This document shows positions 9,666-19,794 of a stretch of 64,000 nt of DNA, in pieces. The notes beneath the pieces were generated by a model, which did not search any database, was not told the DNA's origin, and was given only the letters and a program-made list of their open reading frames with translations. Location of the stretch: contig CAWIPH010000002.1 in NCBI GenBank assembly GCA_963837955.1, positions 4,544,001 to 4,608,000 of the forward strand, read 5' to 3'. This stretch comes from an uncultured Verrucomicrobiae bacterium (lineage in GTDB: Bacteria; Verrucomicrobiota; Verrucomicrobiia; Chthoniobacterales; JAFAMB01). Position numbers and translations under genes: made by a program. Within the stretch, counting starts at the first letter, position 1. Every line of letters starts with the position of its first letter.

Positions 9666-10505
9666 ATGCAGACCAAAGCCGGGCAGCGTTGGATCGACCG
9701 AATAATCATTGCTGTCATGGCGGTGCTGGGTGTCGTCATGCTTCTGCCTTTCGCCTGGCTGTTCAGCATGTCGTTCCGGCCGCCGGCGGAGGCATATAAG
9801 ATGCCGCCCAGTTTTTTACCGCCTACTCTCGACTTCAAGAACTATTGGGCCGTCCTCACTTCCAGCGTACCCTTCCTGCAGATCTATTGGAATAGTGTCG
9901 AAGTCGCCGTGCTGGTCACCCTGGGCCAGCTCGTCACGTGCACTCTGGCTGCTTTCGCTTTCGCGCGGCTGAAGTTCCCCGGCCGGGATAGCATCTTTTT
10001 CGTGTTGTTGATCGGGCTGATGTTCCCGGCGCAGGTGACCATCATCCCAATCTATTTGGGTTTCGCTAAGGTGGGGCTACTTAATCGTCCGATTGGTCTC
10101 GTGCTCATGTACCTGACATCGAGCTTTGGTGTCTTTCTTGTTCGCCAGTTCATGCGCTCACAGCCAAAGGCGTTGGAAGAGGCAGCGTTGATGGATGGAG
10201 CCGGTTATTTCAAGATATTCTACCGGATTTCGTTGCCGCAGTTGAGGCCCGCGCTTTCAGCGCTGGGAATCATCACTTTTACCCAGACTTGGAACTATTA
10301 TTTCCAAGCACGCGTACTGCTTGAGCCGCAACAGGCAATGACACTGCCAATCGCGATGGATCTCCTCCGCGGGTACCTCTCCTCCGGCAATCTTTCCGTG
10401 GTCATGGCCGCCATGAGCATGGCTGTACTGCCCGTAATCCTGATCTTTCTGCTGGCCCAGAAGTTGGTGGTCGAGGGCGTCACCATGAGCGGAATCAAAA
10501 ACTAA
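9666..10505 (+). CDS. Carbohydrate ABC transporter permease
   Basis: EEAALMDGA EAA loop; TM segments. Confidence 0.93.
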   Translation: MQTKAGQRWIDRIIIAVMAVLGVVMLLPFAWLFSMSFRPPAEAYKMPPSFLPPTLDFKNYWAVLTSSVPFLQIYWNSVEVAVLVTLGQLVTCTLAAFAFARLKFPGRDSIFFVLLIGLMFPAQVTIIPIYLGFAKVGLLNRPIGLVLMYLTSSFGVFLVRQFMRSQPKALEEAALMDGAGYFKIFYRISLPQLRPALSALGIITFTQTWNYYFQARVLLEPQQAMTLPIAMDLLRGYLSSGNLSVVMAAMSMAVLPVILIFLLAQKLVVEGVTMSGIKN

Positions 10506-13150
10506 TGTTGCAGAATCCTACGACCATCGACAACCGCTTCGTTTACACCGGCGAAAGACGCCGATACGTCTCCTTTCCGCTTGGCGGCATCGGCACCGGC
10601 AGCGTGTCGTTGACCGGCAGCGGCCGGCTGATCGACTGGAGCATCTCTAACCGGCCGGCTATCCATCAGTTTAACGGTTACAGCCACTTCGCCATCAAAG
10701 CAGAGCAGGACGGTAAACTGCTCGACGCACGCGCGCTGAACGGACCGTATGAAGGGATCCCAAGCGGTTCGCCCAGTGCGCGCAAGTTCGACGGATTTGG
10801 TTTCGGCGCCAATCGCGATTCGATGGCTGGAGTCCCCCACTTTGATGACGTCTCGTTCATCGGCCGCTTTCCGGTGGCTGAGCTCGAGTTCCATGATGCC
10901 AGCTTTCCAGGCCAGGTGCGGATGACGGCGTTTAGCCCCTTTATTCCGCATAACGACCGTGACTCGTCGATGCCGGTCGCGCTGTTTGAATTCTCGGTCG
11001 AAAACAATACCGACGCACCGATCGACTACACGTTTGCCTCGACCCTTGGCAATTACGGGTGCGACAGTGGCATTCACACCTTCATCCGGAAGAACGGGCT
11101 CAGCATTCTCCACTTCACCTCGGCCGACCCGAGAAGTCCGGAACAAGGCGGCGACCTCGCCATCGTTACCGACGCGGGCGACGTCGAACATGTCGACTAC
11201 CATTTCCGCGGACAATGGTTCGACAGTCTCGCTCGCTATTGGAGAGAATTCGCGCGAGCAGGCCGCCTCCGCGAGCTCCACTACGAGAAGCCGCGCGCGG
11301 TAAGGAATATGTTCCAGCAGCCCGAGCACGGAACGCTTGCGGTCCGCGTCCGCGTCATGCCGGGGGAGACGCGGCAGGTGTGCTTTTCGATCAGCTGGAA
11401 CTATCCGCTCGGCAGCATTTACTGGTTCAACCGCGATCAACCCGGAAGCCCACCCTTCGCCGGGACGCCCCCGACCTGGAAGAACTATTACGCGACCCAA
11501 TGGGCGGATTCGGTAGCGAGCGGGGCGGACGTTTTCCGGCGTTGGGATATGCTCGAAGCGCAGACCTTTGCCTTCCGCGATTCGCTTTTCGACTCGTCGC
11601 TGCCGCCGGAGATAATCGACGCGGTCGGCGGCACGCTTGGCATCCTCCGTTCGGCAACACTCATCCGGCTGGAGGGCGGCGAGATCTGGGGTTGGGAAGG
11701 CCAGCACATCCAGGAAGGCTCTTGCGAGGGGAGCTGCACCCATGTCTGGAACTATCAGCAGGCGCTAGCCAACCTTTTCCCGGCACTTGAGCGGACGCTT
11801 CGAGAAACCGAGTTCACTTATAATCAGTTGCCGAGCGGCGGCCTGACTTTCCGCCAGAGGCTCCCTCTCGGCTCCGGCTTCGATATCATCGGTCCATGTG
11901 CAGACGGACACTTCGGCGCGATCATCAAAGCATACCGCGAGTGGAAGAACCTCGGCGACGACGTCTGGCTGAAAGGGTATTGGCCGAATATCCGGCGCGC
12001 GATCGAGTACGCTTGGTCGCCAGATAATCCAGATAAATGGGACCCGGACAAGACGGGCGTGCTCTGGGGCCGTCAGCATCACACCCTGGACATGGAACTG
12101 TTCGGTCCAAGCTCCTGGTTGACCACCATGTATCTGGCGGCGTTGACGGCTGCTTCGATCATGGCGGACGCAATCGGTTATCCGGCTTTCGCCAAAGAGT
12201 GCCGCGACCTGGCGGCAAGAGGCGGCGCATATGTCGATCGCGAGCTCTTCAACGGCCGCTACTACGCCCAGAAGCTCGATCTGTCCGATCGTTCGGTGCT
12301 CACCCCTTTTGATCAGCACCGCAAGGCGGGCGTGCTCAGTGAACCGTTCATGGAAGCGTACTGGTCAGAGGAGTACGGTGAGATCAAGTACCAGATCGGG
12401 GAAGGCTGCCTGACCGATCAGATCCTCGGCCAGTGGCACGCTGATATCGCTGGACTTGGCGATCTGCTTGCCCCCGAAAACGTGCGGACCGCGTTGAAGA
12501 CCGTGTTCAACGAAAACTATCGGCCGAGCCTCCGTGATCACTTCAACCCGTGTCGCGTTTACGCTTATGAGAACGAGAGCGGACTTCTCAACTGTACCTG
12601 GCCTGACGGAACGACCAAGCCGGCATTGCCGGTTCCCTACGCAGAGGAGGTGTGGACCGGGCTGGAATACATGATGGCCTCGCACCTGATCCAGCGGGGC
12701 CTGGTCGATGAGGGCCTGACGGTCGTCCGCGCGGCGCGCGCCCGTCACGACGGGACGCGGCGCAATCCGTGGAACGATATGGAGTGCGGCAGCTATTACA
12801 TCCGAGCGCTGTCGAGCTACGCGCTGGTCAATGCCTACTCGGGCTTTTCGTTCGACCAACGGTCCGGCGAGATCGGCTTCAGACCTGCCCGCGCCGGTGA
12901 CGGCATCTATTTTTGGTCAGCCGGCCGAGGTTGGGGCTTGGTCGAACTGAAAGGATCGAGCGTGACGCTGACCGTGAAGGGCGGCGAACTGGTGGTGTCG
13001 AAACTTCGGTTACCGGGCCGCTCGGGTGCAGCCTGGGTGGAAGGCCAGGCGGTGGAGCGCGAGGGTGACTTGATCCCACTCGGCAGGCAGCACACACTGA
13101 AGGCCGGTGATAAGTTGGTGGTGGAAGTGGACACATATGGCCAAGCTTGA
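10505..13150 (+). CDS. GH116 family glycoside hydrolase (GBA2-like)
   Basis: FPLGGIGTG N-terminal motif, FSPFIP, WEG...CTHVWNY, HTLD, EVWTG, NPWNDMECGSYY. Confidence 0.9.
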   Translation: MLQNPTTIDNRFVYTGERRRYVSFPLGGIGTGSVSLTGSGRLIDWSISNRPAIHQFNGYSHFAIKAEQDGKLLDARALNGPYEGIPSGSPSARKFDGFGFGANRDSMAGVPHFDDVSFIGRFPVAELEFHDASFPGQVRMTAFSPFIPHNDRDSSMPVALFEFSVENNTDAPIDYTFASTLGNYGCDSGIHTFIRKNGLSILHFTSADPRSPEQGGDLAIVTDAGDVEHVDYHFRGQWFDSLARYWREFARAGRLRELHYEKPRAVRNMFQQPEHGTLAVRVRVMPGETRQVCFSISWNYPLGSIYWFNRDQPGSPPFAGTPPTWKNYYATQWADSVASGADVFRRWDMLEAQTFAFRDSLFDSSLPPEIIDAVGGTLGILRSATLIRLEGGEIWGWEGQHIQEGSCEGSCTHVWNYQQALANLFPALERTLRETEFTYNQLPSGGLTFRQRLPLGSGFDIIGPCADGHFGAIIKAYREWKNLGDDVWLKGYWPNIRRAIEYAWSPDNPDKWDPDKTGVLWGRQHHTLDMELFGPSSWLTTMYLAALTAASIMADAIGYPAFAKECRDLAARGGAYVDRELFNGRYYAQKLDLSDRSVLTPFDQHRKAGVLSEPFMEAYWSEEYGEIKYQIGEGCLTDQILGQWHADIAGLGDLLAPENVRTALKTVFNENYRPSLRDHFNPCRVYAYENESGLLNCTWPDGTTKPALPVPYAEEVWTGLEYMMASHLIQRGLVDEGLTVVRAARARHDGTRRNPWNDMECGSYYIRALSSYALVNAYSGFSFDQRSGEIGFRPARAGDGIYFWSAGRGWGLVELKGSSVTLTVKGGELVVSKLRLPGRSGAAWVEGQAVEREGDLIPLGRQHTLKAGDKLVVEVDTYGQA

Positions 13151-14297
13151 GCTCAAAGGGGTCCACAAGAGCTTCCAATCGCTCGAAGTGATCCACGGCA
13201 TCGATCTAACGGTCGAAGACGGATCTTTCACCGTGTTCGTCGGACCCTCCGGCTGCGGAAAATCGACCCTGTTACGGATGATTGCTGGACTGGAAGAGCT
13301 GACTTCCGGCGAAGTGCATATCGGCGGCATACGTTGCGATCATCTTTTGCCGTCGGCACGAGGCATGGCGATGGTATTCCAATCGTACGCCCTCTATCCG
13401 CATATGAGCGTGTACGAGAATCTCCGTTTTGGCTTGGTCAATCAAAAGGTACCAAAACTCGAGATCGACGCCCGAATCCGGCGTGCAGCCGATATCCTCC
13501 GAATTTCCGAGCTGCTCGCCCGTCGACCTTCTCAGCTCTCAGGTGGACAGAGTCAACGCGTAGCGATCGGTCGGGCGATAGTCAAAGAGCCGGACGCCTT
13601 CCTTTTCGACGAGCCGTTGTCCAATCTGGACGCGGAGTTGCGGGTCAAGATGCGGAGCGAGATCGTCAGCCTGCATCGCCGGCTGAAATCGACCATGGTG
13701 TATGTCACTCACGATCAGGTTGAGGCCATGACCATGGCCGATACCATCGTGGTTCTGCGCGACGGGGCGGTCGAGCAGGTAGGCACCCCGATCGAACTTT
13801 ATGCGCGACCGCGCAACCAGTTTGTTGCGTGTTTCCTCGGCACCCCACAAATGAATCTGCTGAAAGCAAAGATCCAAACGGTGACCGGAAAAGATACGAA
13901 ATGCGGATTGCGGAATGCGGATTGCGGAATGAGCCTAACCGTTGACGGTGGACAAGGCGTAATCCATGCCAGCGTCGATGGAATGGGGAAATCTGCCGGT
14001 GCGGATTGCACCGTGGGAATTCGGCCGGAACATCTCGCGTTGTCTGACAACGGCACGATTGTGGGAACCGTCATCGCGACCGAGATGCTCGGCTCTGAGA
14101 CAATTGTTTTCGCCAACCTGCAATCCGGGGAAAACGTCACCGCCTCGATCCGGGGAATTCGCAGCCTTTCGCCGGGAGCGATCGTTCGATTTTCGGTCGA
14201 CCCCCGGTTCGTTCACGTATTCGATGATAAAGGGATCACGCTTCCGCCGTTACGGTCGTGGCGCGAGGACTACGTCGAGGGCGAGCGAAGCGCGTAA
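13137..14297 (+). CDS. Sugar ABC transporter ATP-binding protein (MalK/MsmX-like)
   Basis: Walker [30 protein letters not shown]-like tail; start ATG 13137. Confidence 0.95.
   Translation: MAKLELKGVHKSFQSLEVIHGIDLTVEDGSFTVFVGPSGCGKSTLLRMIAGLEELTSGEVHIGGIRCDHLLPSARGMAMVFQSYALYPHMSVYENLRFGLVNQKVPKLEIDARIRRAADILRISELLARRPSQLSGGQSQRVAIGRAIVKEPDAFLFDEPLSNLDAELRVKMRSEIVSLHRRLKSTMVYVTHDQVEAMTMADTIVVLRDGAVEQVGTPIELYARPRNQFVACFLGTPQMNLLKAKIQTVTGKDTKCGLRNADCGMSLTVDGGQGVIHASVDGMGKSAGADCTVGIRPEHLALSDNGTIVGTVIATEMLGSETIVFANLQSGENVTASIRGIRSLSPGAIVRFSVDPRFVHVFDDKGITLPPLRSWREDYVEGERSA
13894..13931 (+). repeat. GCGGA(T/A)T heptamer array lying in frame within the ABC ATPase CDS
   Basis: Same sequence as the intergenic arrays at 1011-1043 and 4841-4885. 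Confidence 0.85.
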
Positions 14298-14669
14298 GAG
14301 GCGGTAGGGCTGAGCTCCCGCTCGGCCGGAAATATCTCACGCAAAGACGCAAAGACGCAAAGGAAGAGGAGAATCCAGAATTTGGAAGTTATCTGCTATC
14401 TGTCATTCGTCATGCTCTTCGCCAGTCATGCGCTTCGCCCGTCATGCGCCCACGCCTACCTATTCTAAATTCCAACTTCTAAGTCCGCTTCCCTTCCTTT
14501 GCGTCTTGGCGTCTTTGCGTGAGGTTTTTCCTCCGTCTTTGACCCTTCGAGGAGAGCACGACGACGAGGACGAGAACGATTCCCAAATTTCCCGTGCCTA
14601 CCTATTCTAGATTCTAAGTCCGCTTCCCTTCCTTTGCGCCTTTGCGTCTTTGCGTGAGATCACCCGCTG

Positions 14670-15680
14670 TTAGGGAACGAAGGCGGATACATCTAGCTTC
14701 GCGATACCGCGCTTGGTATCACCAAATTTCTGGGCAACGGTGACTACTAACTCGGTGCCGTTAGGATACCATTTCGCATGGTTTGCGTTCCATCTAGGAT
14801 CGGTTACCCGGACGGCGGGGGTGCTTCCGTCCGCTATCTGGATGAAGATCGAATACAGGCCGCTCGTGTTGAACCGGTTCGATTCAAAGGCGATCCAATT
14901 ACCGTTGGGAGAATACCAGGGCGCCCGGCCTTGAAAATTTGGATCGAATTTCGGCGGAGCGTTCGGAGCGAGTGTTCTGACGGTCGGCGGATTCGTTGAA
15001 GCGTCAGTGATCCAGATGTAATTCTTGTCCTGGTTATATACGCCCTTAGGTTTAACGGTCTGGCCGGCAAATGCGATCAAGTTCTTATTAGCTTGATTCA
15101 CGCTCGGAAAACCGGCCCAGATTGTGTCATTCGCCATGACATCTTGCAGCAAGGCTCCACTTGAATCGATTTGGGATGTGCGAGGAACGGGGTGCGGTGG
15201 TTTAATCTGGTTATTGTACACGGCAAGCAAATTACCGTCGGGGTACCAAGCCGGGTACACCATTCCTGCCGTGCCTGGCAAATTCGTCAGGTTACCGCCG
15301 CCACTGTCGGCCAGCCAGATTCCGGGTCCGTTACTAAATGCGACTCGCCCGGTCTGCCAAGACCAATCCGGTCGGGTAGATAACTTAAGAGTTGGAACAA
15401 ATGTTTGGGGAGTTGCAGTCGGGTTGGTTAGATCGAGGGAATAGAGATGCGTCGAGGTCCCGATCGTTCTCTCAAAGATCAACAGGGAAGCGGTGCTGTT
15501 CACAACACATCGGTAATCGCTCACCGCCTGGGGGTACTTCATCAGGAATACCGGCGTGGCGAACGGAATAGACAATGCCTCTTCACCCAATGCGTTCACC
15601 GGACGCATAGTGCTGGACAGCGCCCAGCTTGCCACCAGTGACGAGGAAGCCCTGGCTAAGAACTGTCTTCGATTCATCAT
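14670..15680 (-). CDS. Tat-exported TolB-like/PD40 beta-propeller protein
   Basis: NRRQFL twin-arginine signal; PAWYPDG, PWYSPNG, AKWYPNG blade motifs. Confidence 0.8.
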   Translation of the reverse strand: MMNRRQFLARASSSLVASWALSSTMRPVNALGEEALSIPFATPVFLMKYPQAVSDYRCVVNSTASLLIFERTIGTSTHLYSLDLTNPTATPQTFVPTLKLSTRPDWSWQTGRVAFSNGPGIWLADSGGGNLTNLPGTAGMVYPAWYPDGNLLAVYNNQIKPPHPVPRTSQIDSSGALLQDVMANDTIWAGFPSVNQANKNLIAFAGQTVKPKGVYNQDKNYIWITDASTNPPTVRTLAPNAPPKFDPNFQGRAPWYSPNGNWIAFESNRFNTSGLYSIFIQIADGSTPAVRVTDPRWNANHAKWYPNGTELVVTVAQKFGDTKRGIAKLDVSAFVP

Positions 15681-16276
15681 CGTCCTTAGCTATCAAGGAT
15701 TGGGCCGCCTGGACAAGAAGATTCCTGGCGAAGCAGGATCTCACGCAAAGACGCCAAGACGCAAAGATGAGAAACAGAATCGGCGAAGCGTATGACAGAT
15801 GACAAATGACAGATGACAGATTGCGGGCGAAAGCGCATGACTGGCGAAGCGCATAGCAAATAGCAAATAGCAAATAGCAAATAGCAAATAGCAGATGATG
15901 AGCTGCAGGAGAGAAGATTCTTTCGTTATGGAAACTCGACGGGAATAGGACGAAGGCTTCAATTGTGCGTCTTGGCGTCTTTGCGTGAGATTCTCTTCCG
16001 TCTTTGACCTTCGAGGACGACGACGAGAACGATTCTCAAATTTCGGAATCTGGGGCTCAATGGATTCATATTCGCTATCTGCTATTTGCTATCTGTCATT
16101 CGCTTCGATCGGGGAGGTTTATTTGAGAGTCGAAGGAAATCCGCTACATTCGGTTGCTCGAATCTAATCTATTATAGGTCTTATAGGGTCCCATGGGTCT
16201 TAGGGGTCCTATGACGAGGTACCAAATCATCAACCCGGCGACGGGCATAGCAGATAGCAGAGAGCGTTTCTCGATC

Positions 16277-17026
16277 TCATGGCGTTGGGTTTGCCAGCGG
16301 ACGGATTGCCGGGCTTAAGGTGATCACCGGCAGACGGCCGTCGCTTTTCCAGGGGTCGCCACCGCCGTTCCGACCTTCGGGCGGGTCTTGGAATTTGTCT
16401 TCCCATTCGATGTTGGCAATCCGACCGGTGCGCCGGAGATCAGCGATCAGGCCGTCGCGTGCTGTATCCACATCCGGGTCGATGTGATGGGTGATCTGTC
16501 CGGTCGTATGACTGAATCCGACGGCCCGGTCAAAAGTGATTGCGCCTGGCCAGTAAGGTTTCCCGGACTCATCCTTGGCGGGCGCCTGCCAAAACCGTAC
16601 GTGATGGCGTTGGCGTGCATCATTACTCACAGGTTTCTCAAAGGCTAAGTCCTCTTTCCGGCCAAAGAGAAAAAGGTTGCTGACTGGCGCATCAGTGTAA
16701 GGACGATGAAAGATTGTGCTCTCAGCGATGCGCAAACTACTTTTCAAAGTGATTGGATCGGCAGGATACCATCCGGCTTCTAATAACGCCGAAATGAGAT
16801 CGTCTTCGCTTCCGATGATCGAAATGTTCAAAGGATCGCCGGGGATGCCAGCGCTGGTTCTAGTGATCCGCGGTCCATTAGTCAGCACTGGATGGCGGGA
16901 CAAATGTACTTTCCACCATACGGGTGCTAATAGATAGGCGGTCACTAACCAGATCGCCAAAAGCACAAGAAACGCCGCGACGACGGCCGGAATCAGAGGT
17001 CTGATACGCATCAGTGACAGCTTCAT
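16277..17026 (-). CDS. LssY C-terminal domain protein
   Basis: GDPLNI, AGW, PVSNLFLFGRKEDLAFEK, RHHVRFW, THHIDPDVD motifs. Confidence 0.85.
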   Translation of the reverse strand: MKLSLMRIRPLIPAVVAAFLVLLAIWLVTAYLLAPVWWKVHLSRHPVLTNGPRITRTSAGIPGDPLNISIIGSEDDLISALLEAGWYPADPITLKSSLRIAESTIFHRPYTDAPVSNLFLFGRKEDLAFEKPVSNDARQRHHVRFWQAPAKDESGKPYWPGAITFDRAVGFSHTTGQITHHIDPDVDTARDGLIADLRRTGRIANIEWEDKFQDPPEGRNGGGDPWKSDGRLPVITLSPAIRPLANPTP

Positions 17027-17127
17027 TCCAATTTTGTGAGTCGCTCACCAAGGCGTAAGCGCGGATTTGCGGGTTACCGTGCTGATGGGTGATTGCGCGT
17101 CCAGGCTCGAGATAACGGGCTCCCGGG

Positions 17128-18063
17128 TTACTGCGGATTTGAAACGAGCAGGCGGTCAAATGTCGGGCGGGGTAGATCCGAGAAGTAGGTCCTATAGATG
17201 CTATCCGCTAACATCGAATCGGAGATTCCGCGGTAGTCGGGTTCAAGATTCCGCACGTCGTTCAGATCGATCGTGATCGCTGGTACCACTCGCTCATAGA
17301 GGCGACTGTAAACCTCGTTCGAAACGCTGAGGTCCCCCCGAAACGGACAATCAAATGCGACGATCAACACGATGACCAGGGCCAACGAAGCCGCCAAAAG
17401 TCCCGTCATTAGCATATGGAGCCAAAGCTTAGGTACCCCGAAAATAAAACTAAATGCTACCGTTACTGCACCGCCTAAGAGAGTGACCACCCACATGACG
17501 ATCGGAATCCTGGATCTCGCAGCTTCTAGCCGGTCACGTCGGGCACGGTAGAGATCGTTGGCGGTGCGCAAGATCTCGGAATCGATCGTTGTCATGTTTT
17601 GTGACGGACGATATTTCGCGAGGATCGCATTAAGCTCGAAGAGCGGTTTCCATCCTTGGACATTAGTGTGTCCCCTCTGTTGAGCGGGCCATTCGTCGTC
17701 AATGACCAGTCGAGTATATTCCCGCAAATACCGGCGGACAGTAAAAGCTAATTTGGGAGGAAGCCCGGCGGAGTCGACGTAGAGATTATCTACCATGTTC
17801 GCTTCCAATTCGGCGGCATCTTCGGCCTTCTTGAAATTCTCCCAAGCGGAGACGGCAATGAACGCCAACAGGACGGCGTTAATCACTCCTATAATAGCGA
17901 CTATAAACCCGGCAACATCGTTGTGAGCTCGCCGGATATCCGACGGAACGAAGCGATGGAAACAGGCCAGAGCAAGCAGGCTGATCGCTACCGCTCCGAG
18001 GACAATAATAGTGCCGCAGAGCCAAGTCGGGGTGCCATAGATCCAATCACGGAGGGCATGCAC
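17128..18063 (-). CDS. DUF4239-type (bestrophin-like) membrane protein
   Basis: VLLAFIAVSAWENF, R..RL, IVAFDCPFRG motifs; four TM segments. Confidence 0.8.
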   Translation of the reverse strand: MHALRDWIYGTPTWLCGTIIVLGAVAISLLALACFHRFVPSDIRRAHNDVAGFIVAIIGVINAVLLAFIAVSAWENFKKAEDAAELEANMVDNLYVDSAGLPPKLAFTVRRYLREYTRLVIDDEWPAQQRGHTNVQGWKPLFELNAILAKYRPSQNMTTIDSEILRTANDLYRARRDRLEAARSRIPIVMWVVTLLGGAVTVAFSFIFGVPKLWLHMLMTGLLAASLALVIVLIVAFDCPFRGDLSVSNEVYSRLYERVVPAITIDLNDVRNLEPDYRGISDSMLADSIYRTYFSDLPRPTFDRLLVSNPQ

Positions 18064-18112
18064 AAAGATGTGTTTAAGATCTCACGCAAAGACGCTAAGA
18101 CGCAAAGACAGA

Positions 18113-18331
18113 TTTAAATTCCACAATAGATCGCAGAGACGGAGAAGACGTTTTTAACAGGAGCTCACAGAGATAACAGAGAAACCGGGTCTCACGCGAA
18201 GTCGCAAAGGCGCAAAGACGGATTTTAGATTTTCACACAAGCTCGCAGAGACCAAGAAGACTTCTTTAACAGGAGCTCACAGAGATAACGGAGAAACCGG
18301 GCCTCACGCAAAGGCGCAAAGACGGATTTTA
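18113..18331. repeat. Tandem ~110-bp direct repeat (TTTAACAGGAGCTCACAGAGATAAC...CTCACGC...GCAAAGACGGATTTTA)
   Basis: Two adjacent near-identical copies. Confidence 0.8.
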
Positions 18332-18394
18332 AACAGAAGGTAGCAAAGACGGTCAGTACTGACTACCGGTCAGAGCGCTTCCATCTGCAATCTG

Positions 18395-18934
18395 TCATTT
18401 GTCATCTGTCATGCGCTTCGCCTGACCCGCACTTACCTTAGAAATCTTCCACACATCGCCCTCGTTGACGAGATTCAGCGCCAAGCGGTGCCTAGACTGC
18501 TTCGTGGATCCTAGCGTGACCATTGCTGAGGCGGCCCTGCCGTCAATGTGCACGTCGGAGACGACAATGTTGCTTGCCCAATCATCGAGGTAGTCCTGTG
18601 CCCGGATAAAATAATCCTCATCCAAGCCTTCCGAGCTGTTGGTGCGTCTGTCGATTTCTCGAAGAAGTCCCTTTGATACGTATACCTCAATCTTGGAACG
18701 ATCTTCACTAAGGGGATCACGATTCTTAGCTAGCGCTTCCAGATACCAGTGATAGAACGCGGCCACGGTCGCCTGTGGCGTGTTTGGTGAGCTTGCAGGT
18801 GACTGCGCGCGCGCCCCAAACGCGCAGATCAGAAGCAGGCAAGCGAGAGCAAACAGAGCGAGAAGTGAACGGACTCCCTGTTTTTCAGCGAAGCTACCCA
18901 TAGGCGTTTCAGAAGGTGTAGCGGTAGATCGCAT
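18395..18934 (-). CDS. Secreted DUF3828/YbjP/Tai3-like protein
   Basis: Signal peptide; P..TV..FY.WY, DYFIRAQD, WKISKV motifs; start uncertain. Confidence 0.75.
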   Translation of the reverse strand: MRSTATPSETPMGSFAEKQGVRSLLALFALACLLLICAFGARAQSPASSPNTPQATVAAFYHWYLEALAKNRDPLSEDRSKIEVYVSKGLLREIDRRTNSSEGLDEDYFIRAQDYLDDWASNIVVSDVHIDGRAASAMVTLGSTKQSRHRLALNLVNEGDVWKISKVSAGQAKRMTDDK

Positions 18935-19290
18935 TTGGGGGCTTCAAACGAAGCATAGGTTCGCACGACGGCAGTACTGGACGTTAGGAATATGCAGTTA
19001 ACGGGATCAGGTCAATCTTTTGGTCAGAGAGGGGGCGAAGCGCATGACAGAGGGCGAATAGCAAATAGCCAATAGCAGATAGCAAATCAGCGGAGGGCGA
19101 TTTTCTGGGATCGGCTATTGTAAACTCGGCGTGTTCTGTCTTCGCTCGTTGCTGGGCCGTTCGGCACCTCAAAAACTTTCTGGAGTTTTCTCCGAGCGGT
19201 CTCCAGTTCCACGATCAACGAACTAAGTGGGTGCATTATTTTTACACTTTTTGCGGTCACCAGTTTCTTGTGGGAACGCTTTCAGATATC

Positions 19291-19581
19291 TCAGCCGCCA
19301 AAGAGGTCGTTAAAGCCCGGACTCCGTGGGGGTTGATACGAACCGTCCTCTTCGGAAATCGGAGACCGCTGATTAATGGGGCTGGGACTTATCAGTCTCG
19401 CGCTGAAATTTGTGCCCGTTGAGGAACAACCTGTTGCCAGCACAACTGTTGCCGCAACCAGTAGAGCTATTAACGGCGACTGTTTGATGCGGTTCAATAA
19501 TTCGCCGAAACTATGATACCTGACTAATCGACCAGGCCCCAAAGGGCGCGCCGTTTTGACCGGCTGTTGCTTGAGTTTCAT
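19291..19581 (-). CDS. Small putative lipoprotein
   Basis: Hydrophobic stretch ending in a lipobox-like LATGC; start uncertain. Confidence 0.55.
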   Translation of the reverse strand: MKLKQQPVKTARPLGPGRLVRYHSFGELLNRIKQSPLIALLVAATVVLATGCSSTGTNFSARLISPSPINQRSPISEEDGSYQPPRSPGFNDLFGG

Positions 19582-19794
19582 TCGATGCCTCCACAATGAA
19601 GTACCGGTTCCCTGCCCTCTTTATTCCTTGAGCGCTAAAAACAGACGGGCGAGACGAATGACAGATGGCGGCTAATTAACCCACCACTGCGGATTGGGCG
19701 TGGCCCGTCGATGGCGCGGTTTCGACTGTAGATGTCGATGGAAGAAGCGCGAAAAATTTGGTACTATATCCGACCGCTAACAAGGATGTAGCTC

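Noticed and set aside
10502..11743. Long antisense ORFs (also 21206-22036, 22681-23565, 24599-25495, 63029-63955)
   Set aside because: They are shadows of well-supported genes on the opposite strand in GC-rich DNA, with no recognisable motifs.
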